The position numbers and the translations under genes are program-made. From positions 32,001 to 96,000 of the IMG/VR virus record IMGVR_UViG_3300007539_000009: 64,000 bases of DNA. One strand, written 5' to 3'. Positions 52,769-63,000 of the stretch are shown piece by piece (the stretch's first letter is position 1; each line of letters starts with the position of its first letter). Below the pieces are notes generated by a model that saw nothing but the letters and a program-made list of their open reading frames with translations, searched no databases and was not told where the DNA came from. This DNA comes from a virus.

Positions 52769-53998
52769 TCAGCAGTTCCACTTGTCGAGCGCAAGCTTCT
52801 TCCGCGTCGGTTTGCCGCTCTTGTCGTGCATCGGCCCCGGCATCCCGCCCATCCGTGCACAGAAGCTCTTGCGCCTCTTGTCCTCGCTTGAGCCCGGCTT
52901 GATCTTGCTCGGGTCCTTGGTAACCGCCATCTTAAGCTTGCTGCCTGGATTAGCTTCTCGATACGACTGAACACCTTTGCGGTTCAGCCCGCCCGTCTTG
53001 CTCTTGCCTTCGCTGCGAGTCCATGCAGGTGTCTCCGACGCTTGTTTCTTGAGCTTGCGCTTACGCTCTTTCGCCTCTTCGCCGCCTGCGTGGCCGTCTA
53101 TGAGCGACTTGGAGGCGTAGATGTCGGTGCGGCGTGCGGCGATCTTCTGCAGCTCGTCCTCGAAGCCACGAAGCATCGCTGTCTTGGCCACGTGCGCGTT
53201 GTCGATCCAGTTGGGGTAGGGCCGACCGTTAGCTGCAGCGCGTGCTTTTGCTCGAGACTTCTGCTCGGGCGTCAGCGTCTTGCTCTTACCTTTGGCTTCC
53301 TTCGGGTTCTTCTTGTCCCAGGGAGCCTCCTCAGCCGCTTTGAGCATCCCGCCGCCAGTGAGAGAGCCGGCAGCTCGGCTGGTGATGTTGTTGCTGCTCA
53401 ACGTGTTACGTAGGTGGTTCGGGGCACTGACTTGACCCATCATCGGCTTCGGCGGCTTGTTCATCTGCATCGACCTTATCGGCTTGAGCGAAGGCGGCTT
53501 CGGCAGCGCCTTGAGCATACTGAGAACTGCAGCTGCTTTCACCAGCCGACCGTCAGCTGCGACGCCCGGGGGTCGGGCAGTAGTGTCTTTCTTCACGCGA
53601 CTTGCGTACCTGCCTGCGGCGTAGATCAGCCCGGCAACAGCAGCACCTTTGATGGCGTTGTTGCGAGCGCTGTTGCGAATAATTTTGAGCCCAGCTTTCC
53701 CCAAGTCTTGTGCACCTTGGTTGTAGCTAGATGAGATTCGGGCGCGAGTACTAGGGGAACCGGCTAAGTACTGCGAGCGCATTGCGGGGTCAGTCTTGAT
53801 TGCCTTAGCAACAGCCCGTGACGCTCCCGACCAGCGAGCTGATTGGCCCGCTTGACGCGCCACCTTGCTGTCAAGACCTTGCAGGCCCTTGGTGATGTTG
53901 TCGGCCGCACGACGGAGACCCTTGTAGTAGCCTCTTACTGCGCCGAGGGCCGCACCGGTGATTACGACCTCGCCATATCGCTTAGCTCGATCACTCAC
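52769..53998 (-). CDS. Very basic modular protein (apparent polyprotein) ending in a DUF6321-like module
   Basis: Modules separated by VKAA, LKAA, AKTA, DELQKIA and KKQA. C-terminal AWTRSEGKSKTGGLN.KG..SY...PGS.LK...KRRKSFCARM...LDKWNC. Confidence 0.7.
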   Translation of the reverse strand: MSDRAKRYGEVVITGAALGAVRGYYKGLRRAADNITKGLQGLDSKVARQAGQSARWSGASRAVAKAIKTDPAMRSQYLAGSPSTRARISSSYNQGAQDLGKAGLKIIRNSARNNAIKGAAVAGLIYAAGRYASRVKKDTTARPPGVAADGRLVKAAAVLSMLKALPKPPSLKPIRSMQMNKPPKPMMGQVSAPNHLRNTLSSNNITSRAAGSLTGGGMLKAAEEAPWDKKNPKEAKGKSKTLTPEQKSRAKARAAANGRPYPNWIDNAHVAKTAMLRGFEDELQKIAARRTDIYASKSLIDGHAGGEEAKERKRKLKKQASETPAWTRSEGKSKTGGLNRKGVQSYREANPGSKLKMAVTKDPSKIKPGSSEDKRRKSFCARMGGMPGPMHDKSGKPTRKKLALDKWNC

Positions 53999-56900
53999 GC
54001 GCCGCTACTCCAGGGGGTGTCAGTGGATTGGTTGAGCATCTGCAGTTGGGTGATAACAGTGCGCAGGCCGATGCTGCCGTGAAGTGCGATGCGGACTACT
54101 GCCTGGTTGCTGGTGTTGCCGGTAGTGAAGGCACCGGCCCGCCAGTAGATGTCAACGTAACCAGCGCCAATCGTGATGCCTCCTGTGTCTGCCGCACCGT
54201 AGCCGTCCTCTCCAGACTCGTACAGGCTGGAAGCACCTGTTGTGAGCATGTCGAGCCAGCCGGTCTTGCCGGGGTTACCCAGCGGCGTATCAGCGTGCAC
54301 CGAGCTCTGGTCGCCAACGAACTTGATCTCCGCGCTGATACCACTCAGGGTCGGGACCGGAGAAGCGCTGGGGCCGACGTTGTACCAGCTGCCAACGAAG
54401 TCAGGGCTACTGAGCGGAGAGCTGTAGCTCTCGTATGAAGTTAGCGCCGGAGAGGCGGAGGCATCCCGCAAGTAGCCGTACACCCGCAGACGACCCTGGT
54501 TGGCCGCTGTGCCGCTGGTGAACAGTCGGTAGTAGACCACTGAGCTCTGAGCCGAGTAGTCGGTGTAGTAGTCGTAGGACGGGCTACCGTAGCTGCCGTA
54601 GACGTTGAACGGGCTGCTCAGCGCAGGCATCTGCGTGCGTGCATCGTACTCCGTAGCTGTGTTGTAGCCGGGGTGTACGAGGCCGAGGTCGCTGACCTGC
54701 GCCGGGCGCGACGTGCGTGTGCCCGGATTGACCGCAAACGTCTTGCCCGAGCGGGCCTCAGCTGACGGCGAGCCGTCAGTCACATTCCAGGTGCTTTCCG
54801 TGCCTAGCGCCGTGAGCTCCGCACCACTCGGCCAACCGTACGTGCCAGATTCGAGCACGTCCCCTGCCACGGGCTGGGTAGTGAACGAAGTGAAGATGGG
54901 GCTGGTAACGGGGCTAACGAGGTCGGTCCCACCCCATGTGTCGGGGTAGATTCGATACTTCTCACTGGCGAAGGTTTCGACAGTAGTCGTACCGACAGAG
55001 GCGCCGGCCCGTCCGAGGTGTAGTAATCGCCCATACGGAGAGCCATACGGGTCGGAGAAGTTCAGCACCACATCCGTGTCGCTGACGAACACATCGTTGA
55101 AGTTGATCGTCAGGTCACGGCTGGTGTAGCCGTCCGACGCCACCAGCGCGGTCATCGGCTGAACCGTGTCGTACGGATCAGTCGGTGTACCGAGCAGGAA
55201 CACCGTTTCCGGGCTAGGGATCCACGTAGCGTCTTGCGGGCTGGCATACGTGGTCAGGTAGTACTGCAGGTCGAACGAGTACGTACCGTCGCTCGCATCC
55301 GCTACGGTCAGCAGGTTCTGCTGGTACGTGATGTTGTAGAGGTTGTCCGCATCGACGTAGAGGCCCCAGTTCTCCGAGGCAGTGACGTGCGGGATGCCCG
55401 ACACGTAGCGGATAGCCACACCGTTGTCGATGCTCAGCTCCGCCGTGTTGATCACCGGATCGGCCGCGCCTGTGTACTGATCCTTGAAGATCTCAATGCT
55501 GTTGGTGCGGTTGACTCCCGAACCGGTGTCATGGGAGATACGTACCCGGTTGAAGCCAAGGGGCGCCGGGAAGTCCGTGAATACCGGATTACCTGAAACG
55601 CGTAGCTCGAACACAGGCGCTGATGTGTTATCCAGACCGAGATAGTCAACCGCTTGGAAAGCGATCTTGGTCGTGGGGCTGCCACCGGGCTGCACAGGGT
55701 TGCTACCCATGTGGGTCGCCACGTCGCTGTAGTTAGGAGGAGATCCTCCGATAGCTGTAAGCGCGTTGCCGTAAGTCAGCGATATGTCAAGCTGCTCCAG
55801 CACTGTCCAAGTGCTCGGTGACGGGCTAGCTGTGCCCAGCTCGAGCGAAAGCGTGCCTGCGTTGCCCGGATCGCCGAACGGAGTAGTCACAACACTGAAC
55901 GTCGTGCCTGCCGTGCCGGCTACCAAGTTGGTGACCAGATCACCCGGCTTGTACCCCGGTGACGCGTAGACGATGGTCGGGCTGCTGTCAGACAGGTAGC
56001 TCTGCTGGAACGCAGGGATGTAGGTCTCGTTAAGCGTCGACAGCGCACCTGATTCGCTGGCCGTGGTGAACTGCGAGGCCAGCGCAGTGTTGATCGAAAA
56101 CAGTGCATCTTCAATCGTCATGCCTGACGTCAGCGTCAAGTACCCGGAGATGTCTTGATCCAGCGTGAGGAAACGCGCTGTGTGCGAGTGACCACCTGAT
56201 ACTCCGCCGGTCGTACTAGTGCTGACTGCTGCAGCACCAGAGAACAGCGCGTTGATGCGCTCCTTGTCTGTAGTGCTGTGCAGTCCTGCTTGCGACGTAG
56301 TGGCATCCGGGATGTTGGTACCAACAACAACCTCATTGGTCCCGGTCGAGAAGGTGACGAAGGTCTGGCCCGCGTGAGCAGCATCTTCGCCAGCCGTCAG
56401 CTGAATGTTCTGCGAACCATCAGGTGCAACACTGTTGATGGTCGCAACGCCCGGATCAGCGTCTAGGCGAATCTGATTGGCCGTAGGCGTGACAGTCAGG
56501 TAATCACCGGCCAGCAGCGTCAATGCACCCAGCGAATCGAACTGCACTGAAGTGCTCGAGCCGCCCAGCTGCTCAGCAACAAGTGTCGCAAGGAACGACA
56601 GCTGAACAGTAGAGGAAGCTGAGAACTTGTTGATGCCCAGCGCGCCGCTAGCAACCGTCAGCCCAACGTTGCCTGCGGCATCCGGCTCGATCTGAGCCAG
56701 TGACAGCAGCGGGTTGGACGGAATGGCATCAGACAGCTGCGCTAGGATCGCAGCGTCAGTCGACCCAGTCTTGTTAGCCGTACGGATGAGGGCATCCGCA
56801 TCGAGGTTCCCGAGGGTACGGCGACGACCGGCCACAACCTTGAACGGTGCCGGAGGTACAGCACCACGACTGTTGGGCGTCCACGCAACTCGGAGCGTGA

Positions 56901-58611
56901 TGCCTCCCGTGCTGAGGAAGCCGTCCGCATCGACTTGACCACCGCCCGACGGATTGACTTCCGCTCCGCCAACGATATTGACCTGGGTGATCTGGGCCTG
57001 GTTTCCGTAGGCATCTACAACCTCATCCCAATTGGTGAGATCCTCAACAGGGCCTGCGCCGCTGCGATCGTACCCGTCGATCAGTGAGAACGCCTGCTGA
57101 CGTACCTGCGCTGCTGTGGTCGTGGAACCGCCAACCCAGTACTTGTCTGCCGTGGGGCTGTTGAACGGATCAGTTGACTGGATGGTGACAACACCAACAG
57201 TCGCTGAGTTCCACAGTACGTCCAGCGCGTAAGCAACTGCCGTGACTGTCTGAGCCGGGCTCGCTGCCTCGTTCGTGGCGTACAGCGGGCTGACCAACGC
57301 GCCGCCTGTAGTGACGACCGAGGCCGTGCTACCAGGAATGACGTTGGTGACTGTGGAGTCAACCGTAGCGGCCAGTCGCAGGTAGTTCGCGGGGCTCGAG
57401 GGCGACAGGAAGTAGTCGCTCTGGAACACCAGGTAGTAGTCCGTGCTGCCGCTCAGAATGATCGGCGACGCAGCGACACCGGGGCTGGCCGGGCTGACTG
57501 CGTTAGGCACAGTCAGCGGGACGCTGATTGCGAACGTCTCGTCCCAAGCAGCTCGGCTTGCGTCAGTCTTGAACTGGCTAGGCGAGATGTAGCCGACTGC
57601 CACAACCTTAGGCGAGCTACCTAAGGGCGAGGCATAGACCCCTGTGTTGATCGCAACAGTATCAGCCGGTGAGCCTGCGATCTCAGAGATCGAGACGGTC
57701 ACCCCGCCTACCTGGCCGGTAGCGGGGCGGCTGCCGTACACCGTAAGGGCGTCTACCTTGGCGTCAGCAGGCAGTGTGATAGACTGAGCTAATGCCGGAT
57801 AGCCGATTGAGAAGTCCGGCGAATCGTACGCCGATCCGCTGGTGTACTCCGTCAGGACAACATCGAGGTTGTCACCGAGGTAGACGTCAGAGGCTGTGAA
57901 GCCAATTGCCTGGACCGGTGTGGTCGGTGACTCCAGCGAGTCGTAGGCCGTGACCGTGAGCACTACCGGCTCAGCTAGGACCTTGGCGTTGTCCTGCAGG
58001 TCCCTGACTACGTCGTACAGGCTGATGACCGCCGGACCGACCGACACACCTGCGCTGGGCGAGGGGCTAGCCGGGGTCGGGCTCGAGGGAGATGCGCTCG
58101 GCGACTCAGGGATGGTTGCGTCTGATGCGCCACTAGCAAAGCCGATCTGCCCTGCCCAGTGCGAGAACACGTCAGCCTCAAAGGCACCACCAGGGCCGAG
58201 GCGGACGTTTCGACGGGGTCCTTCTGCGAAGTGGCCAGTGACCTCTTCTCGAGTCACGCTGTCTGCCGGGAACCGCTCCACCTGCGCCTGCAGCGTGGGG
58301 TCCAGCATTAGCGTTGTGCGGCGCCGGTAGTTAGCCGGGCGAACAGTCAGTGAGGGCGTGAGCTGGGCGGTAGCTCCAACGGCGTCAGTGACTGTGATTG
58401 TCGGCGTGTAGACACCAACTTGGGGGGCGAGGATACCGGCAGTCGTCTCTGCGAGCGTACCGGTATCGAGGTCAATGGTCATGCCCTCAGGCAGACCAGT
58501 GGCGGTCCAGCGGTAGGGGAGGGTGCCGCGCCGCGCTTGAACCCGGACTCGGTAGCTTTCACCTACGAACGCGTTGGGGAGCGCCGTAGTGATGATTGTC
58601 AGATCAGCCAT
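53995..58611 (-). CDS. Large Ser-Pro-rich virion fibre protein with N-terminal putative Ig (He_PIG-like) domain
   Basis: LTIITTALPNAFVGESY...PYRWTATGLPEGMTID..TG.L...G.YT.TITVTDA.G Ig motif; GHSH; about 37 SP dipeptides. Confidence 0.7.
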   Translation of the reverse strand: MADLTIITTALPNAFVGESYRVRVQARRGTLPYRWTATGLPEGMTIDLDTGTLAETTAGILAPQVGVYTPTITVTDAVGATAQLTPSLTVRPANYRRRTTLMLDPTLQAQVERFPADSVTREEVTGHFAEGPRRNVRLGPGGAFEADVFSHWAGQIGFASGASDATIPESPSASPSSPTPASPSPSAGVSVGPAVISLYDVVRDLQDNAKVLAEPVVLTVTAYDSLESPTTPVQAIGFTASDVYLGDNLDVVLTEYTSGSAYDSPDFSIGYPALAQSITLPADAKVDALTVYGSRPATGQVGGVTVSISEIAGSPADTVAINTGVYASPLGSSPKVVAVGYISPSQFKTDASRAAWDETFAISVPLTVPNAVSPASPGVAASPIILSGSTDYYLVFQSDYFLSPSSPANYLRLAATVDSTVTNVIPGSTASVVTTGGALVSPLYATNEAASPAQTVTAVAYALDVLWNSATVGVVTIQSTDPFNSPTADKYWVGGSTTTAAQVRQQAFSLIDGYDRSGAGPVEDLTNWDEVVDAYGNQAQITQVNIVGGAEVNPSGGGQVDADGFLSTGGITLRVAWTPNSRGAVPPAPFKVVAGRRRTLGNLDADALIRTANKTGSTDAAILAQLSDAIPSNPLLSLAQIEPDAAGNVGLTVASGALGINKFSASSTVQLSFLATLVAEQLGGSSTSVQFDSLGALTLLAGDYLTVTPTANQIRLDADPGVATINSVAPDGSQNIQLTAGEDAAHAGQTFVTFSTGTNEVVVGTNIPDATTSQAGLHSTTDKERINALFSGAAAVSTSTTGGVSGGHSHTARFLTLDQDISGYLTLTSGMTIEDALFSINTALASQFTTASESGALSTLNETYIPAFQQSYLSDSSPTIVYASPGYKPGDLVTNLVAGTAGTTFSVVTTPFGDPGNAGTLSLELGTASPSPSTWTVLEQLDISLTYGNALTAIGGSPPNYSDVATHMGSNPVQPGGSPTTKIAFQAVDYLGLDNTSAPVFELRVSGNPVFTDFPAPLGFNRVRISHDTGSGVNRTNSIEIFKDQYTGAADPVINTAELSIDNGVAIRYVSGIPHVTASENWGLYVDADNLYNITYQQNLLTVADASDGTYSFDLQYYLTTYASPQDATWIPSPETVFLLGTPTDPYDTVQPMTALVASDGYTSRDLTINFNDVFVSDTDVVLNFSDPYGSPYGRLLHLGRAGASVGTTTVETFASEKYRIYPDTWGGTDLVSPVTSPIFTSFTTQPVAGDVLESGTYGWPSGAELTALGTESTWNVTDGSPSAEARSGKTFAVNPGTRTSRPAQVSDLGLVHPGYNTATEYDARTQMPALSSPFNVYGSYGSPSYDYYTDYSAQSSVVYYRLFTSGTAANQGRLRVYGYLRDASASPALTSYESYSSPLSSPDFVGSWYNVGPSASPVPTLSGISAEIKFVGDQSSVHADTPLGNPGKTGWLDMLTTGASSLYESGEDGYGAADTGGITIGAGYVDIYWRAGAFTTGNTSNQAVVRIALHGSIGLRTVITQLQMLNQSTDTPWSSGA

Positions 58612-58891
58612 TGGTGGTGGTCGGGGTCTGGTGCAGCGATTCCAGCCATTCGGGGATCTTGCTACCGATCATGAGAACCGGCTGCTCTTGCCCCATCACC
58701 CCCTTGGGTATCAGTAGGGCAGGCACAGCCGGTAGCTGGTGTTTCTCCGCAAGGTTAGGCATGCGGGCTATGACCATCGTACGAGCTCGCTGGACCTCCT
58801 CTACAACTCGGGGCAGCACCTCCTCGCATGCGCGGCAAAACGGCGAGTAGAAGAAGGTGACGTAGGGGACGTCGTAGTAGATGGAGCTCAT
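58604..58891 (-). CDS. Thioredoxin-fold protein (CxxC)
   Basis: VTFFYSPFCRAC...LAEKHQLPAVPALLI: CxxC plus the cis-Pro loop. Confidence 0.75.
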   Translation of the reverse strand: MSSIYYDVPYVTFFYSPFCRACEEVLPRVVEEVQRARTMVIARMPNLAEKHQLPAVPALLIPKGVMGQEQPVLMIGSKIPEWLESLHQTPTTTNG

Positions 58892-60003
58892 AGCTTGATG
58901 CAGGCGCGCACAGGGAATGACGGAGGCACTGAGGTCATCTTGGTCGTGAGCTTGTGCGTGTGGCGCGTGCCTAGCACCTCAGCCGGCTGCTCTCCTGGGA
59001 ACTGAGGCAAGGTCCCGAATAGCGGGGTGCGTACAAAGGCTTGAGACCCGAATGGGATAGGAATTGGCGTCTCATGCAGAACTGACGACGCATCACCAAA
59101 AGCGTCGGGCGGCCCCTCCGGGTTGTGGTCATGCTCGTCGTTACCGACCAGCACCTGTGCCTGGCCGTCGGCATCAGGGATGGCGTGCTCACCGTTGACG
59201 CCGAGCAGCATCGCCTCTGCCCCGTTCATGGCATCCCTGAACCCCGGCGGGCACGCATCGCCCTCGAACAGGATCACCAGGCCACTAGGTACAGTGACAT
59301 CGCAGATGCTGGGCACGAACGGGAGCGTGTTGCCCGTAGGTCCTAGCACCGATGTGATGCTGGAGATCGAACAACGGGAACCTACGGTACCTACGAGCTC
59401 GAGCTGGAACTTCAGTGACGCTGCTGTAGCCGGGATGTCTACCTGGCGGACGATGCGGCGGTTCTGCCCAAAGGTAGAGGACTCGTCGCGTGTGCTGAAG
59501 ACCTCCTCCTCGCCATCCAGCAAGCGCATGTTGATGGTGACGTTATTCTTACCGGCAGCACCGCTGTACGCCAGCATGATCGGCTGGCCGCGCAGCTTGG
59601 CTAAGTCGCTGAAGTCTTGCTCGAAGTAGATCGAGCCAGCTGCGCTAAATGTGACACGAGCAAAGTTGCCACCATCTCGAGCGAAGACAGAGAAGCCGGT
59701 AGACGCGTCAGTGGGCGCTACCTCAACACTGCCTTTCACCCCGTAGACGTCCCACGACCCTACGCGGTTCTCGAGCCCTGCTTCCTCAGCCGGAGCGAAC
59801 GAGAAGCTGGTGAACCGGTACTGCTTCTGGTCGATGAACGTGCGCTTCGGTGTTGTGGTGCCGCCGCTGAATGCTGGGTTGACGTTCTCAACTAGCGCGG
59901 TGGTGCCGGGGAACGAGTCAAACCCACCGTTATTCAGCAGGTTGTACCGCGCAAAGTCATTGGCGGTTGCCTCGTACTTGTCCGGGATGTCGGCAATGCC
60001 CAT
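58888..60003 (-). CDS. Tail fibre protein with carbohydrate-binding-like domain and tail-collar domain
   Basis: NLLNNGGFD CBM-like start, collar motif VPSGLVILFEGDACPPGF, H-x-H motifs, C-terminal PPSFPVRACIKL. Confidence 0.7.
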   Translation of the reverse strand: MGIADIPDKYEATANDFARYNLLNNGGFDSFPGTTALVENVNPAFSGGTTTPKRTFIDQKQYRFTSFSFAPAEEAGLENRVGSWDVYGVKGSVEVAPTDASTGFSVFARDGGNFARVTFSAAGSIYFEQDFSDLAKLRGQPIMLAYSGAAGKNNVTINMRLLDGEEEVFSTRDESSTFGQNRRIVRQVDIPATAASLKFQLELVGTVGSRCSISSITSVLGPTGNTLPFVPSICDVTVPSGLVILFEGDACPPGFRDAMNGAEAMLLGVNGEHAIPDADGQAQVLVGNDEHDHNPEGPPDAFGDASSVLHETPIPIPFGSQAFVRTPLFGTLPQFPGEQPAEVLGTRHTHKLTTKMTSVPPSFPVRACIKL

Positions 60004-60004
60004 G

Positions 60005-63000
60005 TCAGAGCTTTTGGCAGAGGGTTACGAGTCGAGCAAGCGGCATCGGGAACCGGTAGGTGTCGAGGAACCCGTGGTCGTGCTCTGCAGCAACAGGAGT
60101 GAACGGGATGTCTTCCGTGTCAAACGCCCCACCACTGGTCGACCCCGTCTCCTTGACACGAGGCAGAGTGGGACCAGTAGGGCCGCCACTGCCGTTAAGG
60201 ATCTCGTGGCTGTGGCCGCCTGACCCGTAGTTCATTTGCGTATCAGGCTCGTCGTAGCGAACGTATCCACCAGCCTCGACACGCAAGGACACCACGTCCT
60301 CAGGCAGCTCTAGCTGCCCAGCCACCGTCAGCGTAGTGGATGACTCTAGTGCTCGAGTCGACCACACCTGCCCTATGTCTGTTTGAGCGTTGGTCTGCAC
60401 TACACCAGCGATGGCTACGTTGCCGTTGCCGTCAATCGTGTGTTGACCTACGCCATACAGCTTTGCTGGACGAACCGAGATGACTCCGATGTCCGAGATC
60501 TCCTCAGTGATCTCAGTGCCAAACAGCTGCTGGCCGTCGTAGCGCTTGAATATGTAGCGACGAGCTGGGTCACCGTTAGTAAGATTGAACTGGTTGATAG
60601 CTGTGCATCGGACGATAGTACCGACAGTTTTGTCGACAACCGACAACCAAAGCACATCACCTACTGACGGCTCGAAGACTGATGAACTCCCTGCGAGAGG
60701 CACCGGCGGCCCTCCCAGGAACTGGGTTTTACGCACACCGTAATAACCAACAGGCACGCCTCCTTCAAAGAGTAAGGACGTGCCGACGTTAATATCGAAC
60801 GGCAGCCCGTCGCTAAACGTCTCTGTCTGCTCCTCGGCACTAGGACCTACGGGCGGAGTCGGCTGTTGACCTTGGTTCTGACTGACGAGGCCACCAAGAC
60901 CAACGAAGTTGGGATAACCAACCACTCCTTGTCCTTGACCGCCAGTATTGCCACTAGGGTCAGTAGGAACAGCGGAAACCAAAGACCCGACGAGTTGCGA
61001 AGTTCTATTGTTTACATCCGTGATCAAGAACGCAGGGTCCTGGTCTTCCGCAGCAGCACGGAAGCTATCTAAGGTGATACCAACGTTCGGTAGTACGGCT
61101 TTGACGTGTCCTGGTACAGACGCCAGATCGAAGAACGAGGCAGCGGTCAAAGCAGAGGATGCACCAGTAGGGCCAACTTGGTTCGTAACCACACCGAATG
61201 AGGGAGTATCGAACCGGTAGTCACCGTAGAGGGTGTACTCTGCGAGAATCGTGCTAGGCAGGACCGGGGTACCCTTTGCGTTATTCCAGGTGGCTTGAGC
61301 GTAAGTAGTCAGATCTTCATTAGGTGCTCCGATGCGCAGGTGGTCGATAGTGACGTCAGCAGTAGAAATCGGGTTACCGCTGAGCACTTCAGCTGCACCA
61401 ACCTGGAGGAACACAGAGTCATCGTTGATCGGAATACCTGTGCCCGTAACTTGGTTCGCGAAAGGCACGCGTGTGGTCGACTGCACGTTGTACGCCGCGC
61501 CGCTGACGACCATGGTTGCGCCGTAGTTAGCACCCGACCCCGGGTTAGCTGCAAAGTCAAAAGACGATCCCGCCTTGAACAATGCAGCAACGTGGAACCA
61601 TCCGCCTACTGTAGAGCCTGATGCTGTGGGGTTGGCCCAATCGATCACGTCATCTGTGGTCGCTGTACTCGTGAGGTACGTCGAGTTAGCCCGGATGTAC
61701 ATGACGGCCTGGAGGCGCCCGTCGGTAAGGATCTTGATGCCCCACCCGACGCGCTTAGCCGTATTGTTGTCGTCGATGTTGACTGTGTTTGCGATCCAGT
61801 GCTCTTGGCTGTTGTCGAACGCTCCAGGGTTGTACTTGAACCACAGATCAACGATTGCTTCGTTGGTCGGCACAAGTGATTGAGCGCTACCCAGGCCGCC
61901 TCGGTAGAAGCCTTGATCTCCGCCACCCAGCTGAATCGCGTTGCCGGGCTCGTCACTGACGCTCAGCTCGGCAAGCTCTGCAGGAGGAATTGTCGCGCCG
62001 TTGAAGCGCACCTGCATTCCAGGCTGCATGAGCTGCTGGAAGCTCGGAAACTCGATGGTCTCGAAGTTCACGTTTCCAGTGCCGACCTCTAGCGACTCGA
62101 CGTTGGTAGCACCTATCAGCTCGATAGGTGCACCGGCCTCGTCAAGTAGTGAGAACTCCTCATTATTCCACACCAGTGTCGTGCGATCAGTAATCGAATC
62201 ATAGGTAGTACTGCTAGGCAGGGGTAGCGTCACTACAGGTGCAGTGCCTGAGTTAGCAAAGCCTTGCAGCCGTTTGAACCCGGGAGGACAGATGCCGCCC
62301 CCTGCGTACATAACCACAGTGCCAGGCGAAATGACGTTGTCCAGTAGGTCCACTCGGTGCACTAGCGGGTCTACCGAGACCGTGTCATTGAGCGTGGTGC
62401 CCGGAGGCAGCGCGTTGTCGTCAGAGATAGCCACGCGCTGCGTAATGTCGCCCTTGCATGCGTACACGTCTGACACCTGGCAACGCACCGCGCCTTCCGC
62501 GATAGAGCTCATGATCGGCACTTCATTGACAGTACCGGCTGGCCAAGGCTGGTTCTGCGCAAAAAAGAAGTTACCGAAGGACGGAAGGTACGAACTTGTC
62601 ACCGTCACAACGCTCGTAGCGCCCGATGTGTCGATTGATGACGTCAGCACGCGGATCTGCGGCTGAACGTCCAGCAGAGTGTTGATCCACGGCTGGTCAG
62701 CGAACACACCTGGAGTACTGGTGAGCAGCGCCACCTTACCTACGGCAAGCCAGTCAGGTATGAGTATTGTCGGGACGCCCAGGTCTATCGCCACCGACAC
62801 GACCTCGACAGGTGAGCCACCGATGGTCTCCGTAGTAGCTTCGATGCTCTTAACAAGACCGCTGAACTCGCCGGCGTCGCCTGACTGCGGCGGCTGGATG
62901 CGCAAGGCAGCGCGGCCATCCTGAGGCACGGTGAATTCGCGGATGATGCGATTCACGTAGCGACGGTAGGTCAAATCCTCGTTACCGTTAGGCAGCTCAA

